Positions 1 to 8,817 of a DNA stretch of 64,000 nt are shown here, piece by piece. Origin of the DNA: Candidatus Hydrogenedens sp. (GTDB taxonomy: Bacteria > Hydrogenedentota > Hydrogenedentia > Hydrogenedentales > JAEUWI01); the NCBI GenBank assembly GCA_016125095.1, contig WGMK01000010.1, forward strand, positions 331,336-395,335, read 5' to 3'. Each line of letters opens with the position of its first letter. The stretch's first letter is position 1. A model generated the notes under the pieces. The model made no database searches. It was given only the letters and a program-made list of their open reading frames with translations, and was not told the origin of the DNA. The position numbers and the translations under genes were made by a program.

Positions 1-143
1 CTATGCATTGACTAGAGCGCAGAATGCCTCTACACTCACCTCGTGGGCCTTGGGCAATCGCCGTGATTCGACCCTGGCTCCGCACTGTAGGTCTGCGTGG
101 TTGGTCGCACCGCGTGAGCGCCGAATAAATCGGGGAGAATCCG

Positions 144-1577
144 ATGCAATCGAGCAAGGGTCAGCGCGTGCTCCGTTTCCTGATGCCGCTGGTATTCCTG
201 GGCTTCGCTGGTTACTCGTATGCCGGCGTCGAGGGAGCCGGATTCGAGGAAGGATCCATTGAGGGTGATGGGGCCAATGAGGGGGCGCTTGAAGGTTCCG
301 GCACGGACGAGGGCCAAAGCGGTGCTGAGGGGATTTCGGATGGCGAGGACGGCGAGACAGAGACGTCCTCGCGGTTGCGGATGCTTTGGATACGGCTCAC
401 AAACGATGTGGCCTACGGCGGTCGCAGCGGTCATGTGGCGCTGGTATTTAGGAACCGGCTCTGGATCATGGGCGGCGCCCGTTCACATACCCAGCAGACC
501 AGCAATGACGTGTGGTACACGCGGGACGGCTGGCACTGGGTGGAGGCGACGCCTGCGGCGGCGTGGGCGCCACGGCTGAGTCACTGCGGGTTCGTCTACG
601 ACGACGCCATGTGGATAGTCGGTGGCAACAGCAATACCGGACGCCGCAATGACATCTGGCGTTCCCGCAACGGTGTGGATTGGGAAGAGGTGGTGAACAC
701 GACGCCGTTTGCGGCCCGGAACCGATCGACGACGCTGGTATACGATCACGCGATCTGGATTCTTGGCGGCAGAACCAACACCACCCGCAGTGCGGAAGTG
801 CTGCAGTCTACGAACGGGACCGTGTGGGACACGGTCTTGAATCCTGCAGATTGGGGCGGTCGTTCGAGTGCCGACAGTCTGGTGTTCAAGCGGGGCATGT
901 GGCTGGTCTCCGGGGCGACCTCCGCGCAATTGCGCACGAGCGACGTCTGGCGATCGAGCGATGGCTTGCAGTGGAACCAGGTGAGGGCCGATGCCGGGTT
1001 TGTCGGCCGGTTCGACCAGGCGAACGTGTCCTGGAAAGATCGGCTCTGGGTGCTTGGCGGCGACGCCGTAGGCGGGTTGGCCCACGATACCTGGTATTCG
1101 GAAGACGGCACGGACTGGCAGCAGCCTATACCCGCGGATGCCCCGTGGACGCCGCGTTCCGATATGCCGGCCGTTGTCTGGCATGGCGCCCTGTGGGTGC
1201 TCGGCGGCTGGGAGGGACGCGTCGGGGGCATCAATCAGTACGCGAGCGATGTCTGGATCGGCTTTACCACCGAGTTCCACACGGCCGATCTGGATCACGA
1301 TCACCATCTCTCGCTGTGGGAACTGCTGCGTATTATCCAGTTCTACAATGCCAACGGCATCGAGTGCGCCGAGGACCCGGATGGAACGGAGGACGGATTC
1401 GTCGCACGGCCGTTTTCCGGGCGTGGCTGCGGCGAGCACGACGCGGATTTCGGGCCCCAGAACTGGGAACTCAGCCTGAGCGAGCTGCTGCGGCTGATTC
1501 AGCTGTACACGGTGGGCGAGTACTACTACGACCCCGCGGGCGGCACGGAAGACGGGTTCGCTCCGGGCGCGAAATAA
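144..1577 (+). CDS. Secreted/membrane-anchored Kelch-type beta-propeller repeat protein with a Glu/Gly-rich acidic linker and a C-terminal tandem dockerin-like (EF-hand-like) repeat pair
   Basis: ATG at 144 preceded by GGGGAGAA. N-terminal hydrophobic segment, then a low-complexity EG-rich stretch (EGAGFEEGSIEGDGANEGALEGSG...), then six or more repeats of the W..GG / IW..GG Kelch-like pattern. C-terminus has DLDHDHHLSLWELLRIIQFYN and NWELSLSELLRLIQLY, homologous to the C-terminus of the 52818..57644 protein. Confidence 0.6.
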   Translation: MQSSKGQRVLRFLMPLVFLGFAGYSYAGVEGAGFEEGSIEGDGANEGALEGSGTDEGQSGAEGISDGEDGETETSSRLRMLWIRLTNDVAYGGRSGHVALVFRNRLWIMGGARSHTQQTSNDVWYTRDGWHWVEATPAAAWAPRLSHCGFVYDDAMWIVGGNSNTGRRNDIWRSRNGVDWEEVVNTTPFAARNRSTTLVYDHAIWILGGRTNTTRSAEVLQSTNGTVWDTVLNPADWGGRSSADSLVFKRGMWLVSGATSAQLRTSDVWRSSDGLQWNQVRADAGFVGRFDQANVSWKDRLWVLGGDAVGGLAHDTWYSEDGTDWQQPIPADAPWTPRSDMPAVVWHGALWVLGGWEGRVGGINQYASDVWIGFTTEFHTADLDHDHHLSLWELLRIIQFYNANGIECAEDPDGTEDGFVARPFSGRGCGEHDADFGPQNWELSLSELLRLIQLYTVGEYYYDPAGGTEDGFAPGAK

Positions 1578-1583
1578 TCGCGC

Positions 1584-2285
1584 TTACGAGCCCGCGGGCC
1601 GGCGTCCGACGCGGATGCGGTACTCGAGGTAGAAACTGGCGAACATGTAGTAGAGCGGGTAGAACGACGAGATGAGCACGAGAGTGCGGTCGGGCTCGGG
1701 CTGGTAGAGCAGGTAGAGGCAGATGGCGCACCAGACAAAGCCGAGCGCCCACGTGGTGCGCCACAGGAAGGTATTGCGGCTGGGGTAGAGGTAGCGCGTG
1801 GGGATAAAGGTGAGCAGCGCGGGAATGGTGACCAGAAGTACCGCGCCCATCGGCCCCGGTTTCAGCCACCACATGTATAGCGCAACCACGTTCCAATAGC
1901 TGGGAAAGCCGAGGAAGTAGTGGTCCTCGGTTTTCATGTCCACTTGGCCATAGGCATACATGGCGGCGAATATCGGCACGGCCACCCAATAGACGCTCGG
2001 CAGCAGCTCTATCCAGGCCATGATGAAGATGGGCACGAAGATATAGGTGAGCACATCGACGGCGTTGTCCATGTAGGCGCCGCTGAACTTGGGCAGGATT
2101 TCGGAGACCTTGTAGCGGCGGGCCAGCATGCCGTCGGTCGCGTCGATAAAGCCGGCCAGCAGCAGCAGCAGGAACGACAGCCGCAGTTCTTCGCGCGCCG
2201 CCGCAATCAGCGCCAGCATGCCCACCACCGCACCGCTGGCGGTGTAGCAGTGAATGAGCCAGGCAATCGTTTTTTTACGCAACAT
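1584..2285 (-). CDS. pcs: CDP-alcohol phosphatidyltransferase family protein, phosphatidylcholine synthase (Pcs)-like
   Basis: Motif DG-x2-AR-x12-G-x3-D-x3-D (DGMLARRYKVSEILPKFSGAYMDNAVD), with the x12 spacing reported for Pcs rather than x8 of PgsA. Multi-TM protein; N-terminus AWLIHCYTASGAVVG is Pcs-like. ORF-track frame extends to 2387, but ATG at 2285 (MLRKKTIAW) gives a Pcs-sized product of ~233 aa. Confidence 0.6.
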   Translation of the reverse strand: MLRKKTIAWLIHCYTASGAVVGMLALIAAAREELRLSFLLLLLAGFIDATDGMLARRYKVSEILPKFSGAYMDNAVDVLTYIFVPIFIMAWIELLPSVYWVAVPIFAAMYAYGQVDMKTEDHYFLGFPSYWNVVALYMWWLKPGPMGAVLLVTIPALLTFIPTRYLYPSRNTFLWRTTWALGFVWCAICLYLLYQPEPDRTLVLISSFYPLYYMFASFYLEYRIRVGRRPAGS

Positions 2286-2589
2286 CAACACGGGCTTTGC
2301 TCCGTACCGCAAGGAATGCGTTAGCTTAGTGTTAGCTGCAGCACGGAAGCAAGACCTGCCGGAAATCGGGCGATTGTAACTTCGCATTCATACGGCGCAA
2401 GGGCTTGCGCAGGTGCCCGATTTTTGTCACTTTCACCCGCCAACAGCGAACGATTTTCGCCATTTGTCAGGTGCCGGATCTCGGGGTAGAATCCCCTCGT
2501 GCTTGCCGGGGCAGACGGCAAGCAGCGGGCCGCGGGCGACGTTCTCCCAAGCGGCTTCCGGCTACGAGGGCTGTACCGGGGATTGGTCT

Positions 2590-5500
2590 ATGAAGCATTC
2601 CATGCGCGCGGAACTGCGACGGGATATCATGCCCGATTCACGTGCGCGCAGCTTCGTAGTCCTCGGCGTGATGCTCTTCCTTTTCGCGTCGTGTGTCGGC
2701 CAGGCGCAGGATTTTCCGAATGTCGCCCGCACGGCCGGCGAACTGCTGGCCGGCCCCATCGCGCCGGAGCAGGGCCGCACCGCGATTGTGGGCTGGCACG
2801 GCGGCCGCATCGTCTCGGTGCCCGAAGCGCCGGGCAGCCAGCCGGGCGCCGATTTGAATATGCGCGTGGTCAGCCTCGAGAACCTCGACACCACGGGCCC
2901 GGAGGTTACCGTCGTTCCGGCGCACGCCTCCGGCTTTCATGCGCATGGCTATTTTCAGTCGGGGCCCTACATGTACGTGGGGCCGCATTGCCTGGGCGAT
3001 GCGCTCGATACCTGCAACGGCACCTATCCGCACGATGTCTGGGGCAATGCCTTCCGCATCGGTGGCGCAGGCACGGCCATTGGCGATTCGCAGCTCCGCC
3101 GCGCCGACCTCGATGGCGAGACCGGGCTGCTGCTGGGCAGCGTGCAGCGCGCGGGCGCGCAATCGCCCTGGGGGCTCAACGATTTCTGGACCTACAACAC
3201 CATCGGCGGCGACATGTTTCTGGCCGTGCGCCGCAATAACGACTGGGTGTACGACTGGGCCAACGGCGGAGAACCCATCGGCCCGGCGATCAAGGCGCAG
3301 TGGGACCATCTCGGCCTGACCGGCGTCACCGGCTTTCCCTTCATCATGGGCAACATTCTCCTGGTGGCATCCGACCAGGCGGGCAGCGGCGTGGCGAGCT
3401 ACGACATCTCCGACCTGTCGAATCCCATCCTGCTCGACGTACTGAAGGAGGGGAATCCCGGCGGCTATTGGCCCGAGATTTACAGCCACTACATCTTCTT
3501 TCCGCGGCGCGATGGCGAGGGCGGCGTGGGCAGCCAAGCCGGCTACATGGTCGTCGATTTCGAGGATCCCACCGACCTGAAGATCGTCGCGAACCGCAAC
3601 CTGCAAGGGTCGAATCAATACGTCACCTTTCAGGACGAGTTCGCATTCATGAATCGCTACAAGATCGACATGCGGAACTTCGATGTGGCGCTCGAACTGG
3701 CGACGGTGCCGGGCGTAATTGATGCCAGCCAGTTTTCGCTGCCGGTGGGGAATCTCGTGGTGACGGGCGGCTACGGCAGCGATGGTCCCGGACTCGCGGT
3801 GTGGGCGCATCAGGATGCTCCCGATACGCGCGGGCCGTATGTGGCCTATCACGTGCCCGTGCCGGACCAGGCGAACTATCCGCTCGAATGCCCGATCACG
3901 CTCTCCATTCCGGAATCGCTGCGGACGGAAACGATCGTGGATGGCACATCGCTCATTCTGCGGCCGGTGGGGGGCGCCGCAGTGCCCACGTGGCATGCCT
4001 TCAGTCAGGGCAAGCTGTTGACCGTGACGCCGCATGAGCCGCTGCTGCCGGACACCACCTACGAGTTTCTGCTGACCAGTGTCATCGAGGATGCTGCGGG
4101 CAATCCTTTCGAGGCCTATACCTTCCGCTTCTCGACCGGTAGCGCATTGAGCGGCGGCAACCAGCCGCCGGTGGTGGATATGGTGACCTTCAATCCGGCA
4201 GTGCCCGCACCGGGCGTGTCGGTTGCGGTATCGTGGAGCGGCCATGATCCCGATACCGACCCCATCGAGTTCCGCGTTGACTATGGCGATGGCACGGCGC
4301 TGTCGGCGTGGGGTGCGGCGACTACCGGGAACCACGTCTATGCGGAGGCCGGTCACTACCAGTTCACCGTGCAGATTCGCGACGACCAGGGTTCCGTGTC
4401 GGCCCTTTCGCGCAAGGTAACGGTGATCGATGCACCGACCGAAACGAACGCCACGGCCAGCGGGCCGCTCGCGCTGAACGGCACGGCAGGGCGGCTGTAC
4501 GTTGCGAACCCCGACAACCAGAGCGTGACCTGCATCGACACCAGCACGAACGCCGTGTTGTGGGAAGCGCCCGCCGGGAAACACCCCATGAGTGTCGGCA
4601 TCGCGGCGGATGGCACGGTGTGGTTGGCCTGCCGCGACTCGGACAACCTCGTGCTGCTGAACCCTGCTACCGGCGCCGTCGAAGCGACCATAGCGCTCGA
4701 TTACGGCGCGGCGCCGGTCGCCATTGCGCCCACGCCGGACGGAACCGCGATGCTGGTGAGCCTCGACGGAGAAGGTGCAATCGCGCGCTTCAACACAGCG
4801 ACCCACGCGCAGACCGGGATGCTGGCCGTCGGGCCGTCGCCGCGTGCGATCGCCATCACGCACGACGGCTCCCGCGCGCTGGTCACCCGGTTCATATCAG
4901 GGCCGCATTCGGGATCGGTCTACGACGTCGCGCTTGCCGGCAGCATGAGCCTGACCCGCACGATCATCCTCGCGCGCGATCACTCAGTCGACAGCTCGGC
5001 GTCGGGGCGCGGTGTGCCGAATTACCTGGCCGGCATCCGCATTTCGCCCGATGGCGCGCACGCGTGGGTGGTGGGCAAGAAGGACAACACGACGCGCGGA
5101 AACTTCTTCAGTCCGGACATGACGCCCGGGCAGGACAGCACCGTGCGCGCCGTGCTGATGTTGATCGACCTCGGCACCAACGCCGAGGACCTGGCGCTCC
5201 GCCTCGACATCGACAACAGCGAATCGCCCAGCGCCGTCGCCTTCAGTCCGCTCGGGGACTACGCCCTGATTTCACTCCAGGGCAACAACCAGATCGGCAT
5301 CATCGACGTGCTCGACCTGCTCCGCGACGACACGCCCGGCACGCTGCAAGGGCGGTGGTCGACGGGCCTGGCGCCGCAAGGCGTGCTGGTCGATCCGGCG
5401 TCGCTGGCGGTCTATTCGAAGGACTTCATGGGCCGCAGCGTGACCCGGCTCGACGCTTCGGGCTTCTTCAACGCGGGCGCACTCAATGTGCCGTCGGCCG

Positions 5501-7440
5501 CCATCGCTACGGTAGGCAGCGAGCGCCTGCACCCGCAGGTGCTGCAGGGCAAGCGGATTTTCTACAACGCCTCCGACACGCGCATGAGCGCCGAGGGCTA
5601 CATCAGCTGCGCTACGTGCCACATCGACGGCAGCCACGACGGCCGCACCTGGGACTTCACCAACCGCGGCGAGGGCTTCCGCAATACGACCGATCTGCGC
5701 GGCCGAGCGGGCATGGGCCACGGCAATGTGCACTGGACCGCGAACTTCGATGAGATACAGGACTTTGAGAACGACATCCGCGGGTTCTTTGGCGGCTCGG
5801 GATTCCTGACCGACGGACAGTTCGCTTCCACGAGCAGTTCGCTGGGCTCGCCCAAGTCCGGGCTGAACGCCGACCTCGACGCGCTCGCGGCGTATGTGAC
5901 TTCACTGGGTACGGCCTCGCTGCCGCGCAATCCCGAGCGTGATCCGTTGGGAGCCTTGAGCGAGGCGGCGGTGCGGGGCGCGGCGGTATTCACCGCCCAG
6001 GGCTGCGCTGTTTGCCACATCCCCGAGGACGGCTACACCGATCGCCAGATGCACGACGTCGGCACGCTGCGCGCCTCGTCGGGACAGCGGCTGGGCGGTC
6101 CGTTAACCGCGATCGATACGCCGACGCTGCTGGGCCTGCAGGCCTCGGCCCCCTACTTCCACAACGGCACCGCCGCGACGATCGAGGAAGTGTTCACGAC
6201 GACCGGCGGGCGGCTGGTGCAAGCCGAGGACGCCGTGCTGGGCGGCGGCGCGTATGCGGAAGACATTCCGTGGTTCGCCATGAAAGAGTGGCATGGCGGG
6301 GAATTTGTGACCGTCGAAGCGGGGCAGTCGATCACCTTTGACGATGTGGTGTCCACGCAGGCCGGGGCGGGCTATGCCGAACTGCGCTACAGCGCGCGGT
6401 ACAACCAGCTGACGCTCGGCGTGTCAGTCAATGGCGGGGCCGTGCAGAACTACCTCGTCGCCATGACGCCGAACGAGCCGAGCTATGCGCCGACCGAATG
6501 GCGCGAACTCCGGGTGCCGATCACCTATCAGGCGGGGACGAATACCATCGTGCTCAGCAAGATATCCGGCGGGCAGCTGGCCTTCGACGATGTGATGTTC
6601 TCGACTCCCGACGACGCCGTGAATGCGGCCGCGCATTTCCGTGTGCTTGCGCCGGGCGATCTGGCCGACCTGACCGCGTACGTCGGTTCGTTGGATGGCT
6701 CCGACGCGCCCGGGGGACAGGTGGAAGTGCGGCGCGGCGTCGTTATCGCGCCGGGCAGCACCGACCATGCCACGGTGGCCGTCGGCGGAGCGGACACGCT
6801 GACCTATACCGTTCACAACACCGGCGCGGGTCCGCTCGATCTGGGCGCGTTCGCCCTCGTATCTGATCCCGCCGGCGCATTGGTCGTATCGCAACAGCCC
6901 GCGCCGCAGGTGGCACCCGGCGCATCCACCACGCTGGTCGTGACGGTGCAGCTACCGGGGACCAGCGCGCAGGCCGATTTCCATGGCTGGACCAGCGACC
7001 CGGGAGCCGAGTCGCTGTCGTGGTCGGTCACCGCCTTGGAAGAGGGCGCGTGCCTTGGGGAATGCCTGACGGTCGATGCCGTGGGTGCGACGCAGTACCT
7101 CCGCGAAGTGGGGGATTCGGTGACCTTCCGTGTGCAGGCGGCGGGTGATGCGCCGCTGCTCTATCAGTGGTACCGCAATCTCTCCGGCAAGGCCCTGCTC
7201 GAACTCGATGCGACCGATGCGACACTCACCTTGACCGACCTGCAGATCGCCGCCAGCGGCGAGTATTTCTGCGTGGTCGAGGATGCCAACGAGATGGTGC
7301 AGGGCCCGTCGTTCACGCTGACGGTCGTGGCGGAATTGCCGGCGGCAGGGAGCGCGGGCTTGTTGGTTATGGCGGCTTTGCTGGGCCTTGCCGGTACGAT
7401 TCTGATCCGGAGTAATCGCGTCCGTCGATGCGGGCTCTAG
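2590..7440 (+). CDS. Giant secreted multidomain protein: beta-propeller region, Ig-like/PKD domains, YVTN beta-propeller repeats, di-haem cytochrome c peroxidase (CCP/MauG-type) domain with two CxxCH, Ig I-set domain, C-terminal PEP-CTERM-like anchor
   Basis: ORF frame 2413..7440; ATG at 2590 (or 2629) precedes signal peptide MPDSRARSFVVLGVMLFLFASCVGQAQ. PKD-like segment (VDYGDGT...GNHVYAEAGHYQFTVQIRDDQG). YVTN repeats (LYVANPDNQSVTCIDTSTNAV...). CCP signature CATCHIDGSH...GCAVCHIPEDGY...HNGTAATIEEVF. Ends ...ELPAAGSAGLLVMAALLGLAGTILIRSNRVRRCGL. Confidence 0.7.
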   Translation: MKHSMRAELRRDIMPDSRARSFVVLGVMLFLFASCVGQAQDFPNVARTAGELLAGPIAPEQGRTAIVGWHGGRIVSVPEAPGSQPGADLNMRVVSLENLDTTGPEVTVVPAHASGFHAHGYFQSGPYMYVGPHCLGDALDTCNGTYPHDVWGNAFRIGGAGTAIGDSQLRRADLDGETGLLLGSVQRAGAQSPWGLNDFWTYNTIGGDMFLAVRRNNDWVYDWANGGEPIGPAIKAQWDHLGLTGVTGFPFIMGNILLVASDQAGSGVASYDISDLSNPILLDVLKEGNPGGYWPEIYSHYIFFPRRDGEGGVGSQAGYMVVDFEDPTDLKIVANRNLQGSNQYVTFQDEFAFMNRYKIDMRNFDVALELATVPGVIDASQFSLPVGNLVVTGGYGSDGPGLAVWAHQDAPDTRGPYVAYHVPVPDQANYPLECPITLSIPESLRTETIVDGTSLILRPVGGAAVPTWHAFSQGKLLTVTPHEPLLPDTTYEFLLTSVIEDAAGNPFEAYTFRFSTGSALSGGNQPPVVDMVTFNPAVPAPGVSVAVSWSGHDPDTDPIEFRVDYGDGTALSAWGAATTGNHVYAEAGHYQFTVQIRDDQGSVSALSRKVTVIDAPTETNATASGPLALNGTAGRLYVANPDNQSVTCIDTSTNAVLWEAPAGKHPMSVGIAADGTVWLACRDSDNLVLLNPATGAVEATIALDYGAAPVAIAPTPDGTAMLVSLDGEGAIARFNTATHAQTGMLAVGPSPRAIAITHDGSRALVTRFISGPHSGSVYDVALAGSMSLTRTIILARDHSVDSSASGRGVPNYLAGIRISPDGAHAWVVGKKDNTTRGNFFSPDMTPGQDSTVRAVLMLIDLGTNAEDLALRLDIDNSESPSAVAFSPLGDYALISLQGNNQIGIIDVLDLLRDDTPGTLQGRWSTGLAPQGVLVDPASLAVYSKDFMGRSVTRLDASGFFNAGALNVPSAAIATVGSERLHPQVLQGKRIFYNASDTRMSAEGYISCATCHIDGSHDGRTWDFTNRGEGFRNTTDLRGRAGMGHGNVHWTANFDEIQDFENDIRGFFGGSGFLTDGQFASTSSSLGSPKSGLNADLDALAAYVTSLGTASLPRNPERDPLGALSEAAVRGAAVFTAQGCAVCHIPEDGYTDRQMHDVGTLRASSGQRLGGPLTAIDTPTLLGLQASAPYFHNGTAATIEEVFTTTGGRLVQAEDAVLGGGAYAEDIPWFAMKEWHGGEFVTVEAGQSITFDDVVSTQAGAGYAELRYSARYNQLTLGVSVNGGAVQNYLVAMTPNEPSYAPTEWRELRVPITYQAGTNTIVLSKISGGQLAFDDVMFSTPDDAVNAAAHFRVLAPGDLADLTAYVGSLDGSDAPGGQVEVRRGVVIAPGSTDHATVAVGGADTLTYTVHNTGAGPLDLGAFALVSDPAGALVVSQQPAPQVAPGASTTLVVTVQLPGTSAQADFHGWTSDPGAESLSWSVTALEEGACLGECLTVDAVGATQYLREVGDSVTFRVQAAGDAPLLYQWYRNLSGKALLELDATDATLTLTDLQIAASGEYFCVVEDANEMVQGPSFTLTVVAELPAAGSAGLLVMAALLGLAGTILIRSNRVRRCGL

Positions 7441-7456
7441 CCACAGGTCCCGGGCT

Positions 7457-8641
7457 CTAGGTCCACTGCGGCACCTTCAGCCATTCGCCGCCTTCACCCG
7501 CCGATTCGTGGGCCAGGATGCCGGCCGCCGTCATGTTGAGCGCGAGGCCGATGTCGACGAGCGGCTGTCGATCTTCCAGAATCGCCGACACGAATTCGTC
7601 GCACAGGTAGCCATGCGAGCCGCCGTGTCCGCCCCCCTCTACTCCCGGCGGCAGCGGCGGCTTCTTGAGCAACGCCGGGTCGAACTCGGTGAGGCCCTCG
7701 AAGGTGATGCCCTGCATCGAACCCTGCTGTCCGCGGACCCGCCCGACTTCGCCGCCAAAGCCGGGAGTATCCCAACTGACCACCATGCGCGCCGTGCCAT
7801 CGGTCGTCTTGAGTTGGGCGACCTCGGTGCCGAAGGGGTTCACGTAGGTGTTGTTTTCCGGGCGGAGGTGGCCGACGATACTGGGCACGCCAACGCACGA
7901 AACTTCGGTGAAGCGGCCCCCGGTGACGCAGGAGAAATACCCGTTCGAATGGGTCGGATACCATTGCGGCGGCAGCCCGACGCGCCAGCCCTGGTAGGAA
8001 TCGATGGGCTCAAGCATGAGGTGGTAATACTCGCCCTCCGCATAGACGAGCTTGCCGAACACGCCGGCCTGATACAGCTTGCGCATGGCGTAACAGTCGT
8101 CTCGGAACGCGGTCGTCTCGAACATCATGTACTTGCGGCCGGAGCGCTTCACGGCGTCATACAGGGCCTCGGCGTCCTCCATCGATCCCCACACCGCCGG
8201 CACCGCACTGGCCACATGCTTGCCCCGCTCGAGCGCGGCGATACACAACCGCGCATGGCTCGGCGCGTCTGTCGCTACAAAGACGGCCTCGAGCGAATCG
8301 TCCGTCAGCATTTCTTCCATGGACGAATAGGTGGTTTCGCAGCGGCATATGCGCGCCAACTCGGCACAGCGGTCGGGAAACAGATCGCTGACCGCCGCCA
8401 CTTCGACGTTGGGATGATGCTGAAATCCGAAGGCCGCGCCGAACTTGCAGACGCCATAGCCCGCGATACCCACGCGGATCTTCCGGTCGCTGATGGGCGA
8501 CCATACGGCCCCGGCATCGGTGTTGCTCGAAGTCTCGTCGAAGCCCTGAATCGTGCTTTCTTCGGCGCCTGCCGCGCGGCTCAGCGCCGCCAGCAATGCA
8601 GTGCTTCCCAGAAATCCCCTTCGCGTAAGTCTGAATGGCAT
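7457..8641 (-). CDS. Tat-exported Gfo/Idh/MocA family oxidoreductase
   Basis: ORF frame runs to 9049, but internal ATG at 8641 gives MPFRLTRRGFLGSTALLAALSRAAGA (twin-arginine signal). Next comes KIRVGIAGYGVCKFGAAFGF (Rossmann fold) and a Gfo/Idh/MocA C-terminal domain. Periplasmic Gfo/Idh/MocA oxidoreductases are typical of PVC glycoside 3-oxidation systems. Confidence 0.7.
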   Translation of the reverse strand: MPFRLTRRGFLGSTALLAALSRAAGAEESTIQGFDETSSNTDAGAVWSPISDRKIRVGIAGYGVCKFGAAFGFQHHPNVEVAAVSDLFPDRCAELARICRCETTYSSMEEMLTDDSLEAVFVATDAPSHARLCIAALERGKHVASAVPAVWGSMEDAEALYDAVKRSGRKYMMFETTAFRDDCYAMRKLYQAGVFGKLVYAEGEYYHLMLEPIDSYQGWRVGLPPQWYPTHSNGYFSCVTGGRFTEVSCVGVPSIVGHLRPENNTYVNPFGTEVAQLKTTDGTARMVVSWDTPGFGGEVGRVRGQQGSMQGITFEGLTEFDPALLKKPPLPPGVEGGGHGGSHGYLCDEFVSAILEDRQPLVDIGLALNMTAAGILAHESAGEGGEWLKVPQWT

Positions 8642-8817
8642 AAGTTGCTTTCCTTGTGAAGACCCGTTGGCACACGGTAGGAAAGTCTGCTCGGACAATG
8701 CAATAAGAAAAGCGGTTGCGGCATGGAAACCGCGCGCGGCTGAACCGCGGTACGTGCGGGCTGCTGAACTTGTAACCGGGGGTAGGAAAAGATCGTGGCG
8801 GCACTCGGGGGCGCCTG

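Noticed and set aside
2638-4863. Long antisense ORFs, e.g. 2638..4863 (-, 741 aa) opposite the CCP gene, 54225..56459 (+, 744 aa) opposite the giant GDSL protein, 483..1439 (-), 8157..8804 (-)
   Set aside because: In a ~65% GC genome long stop-free antisense frames are expected by chance. Their translations are Arg/Ala/Gly/Pro-rich low-complexity with no recognisable domains, and they completely overlap genes that carry clear conserved motifs on the other strand.
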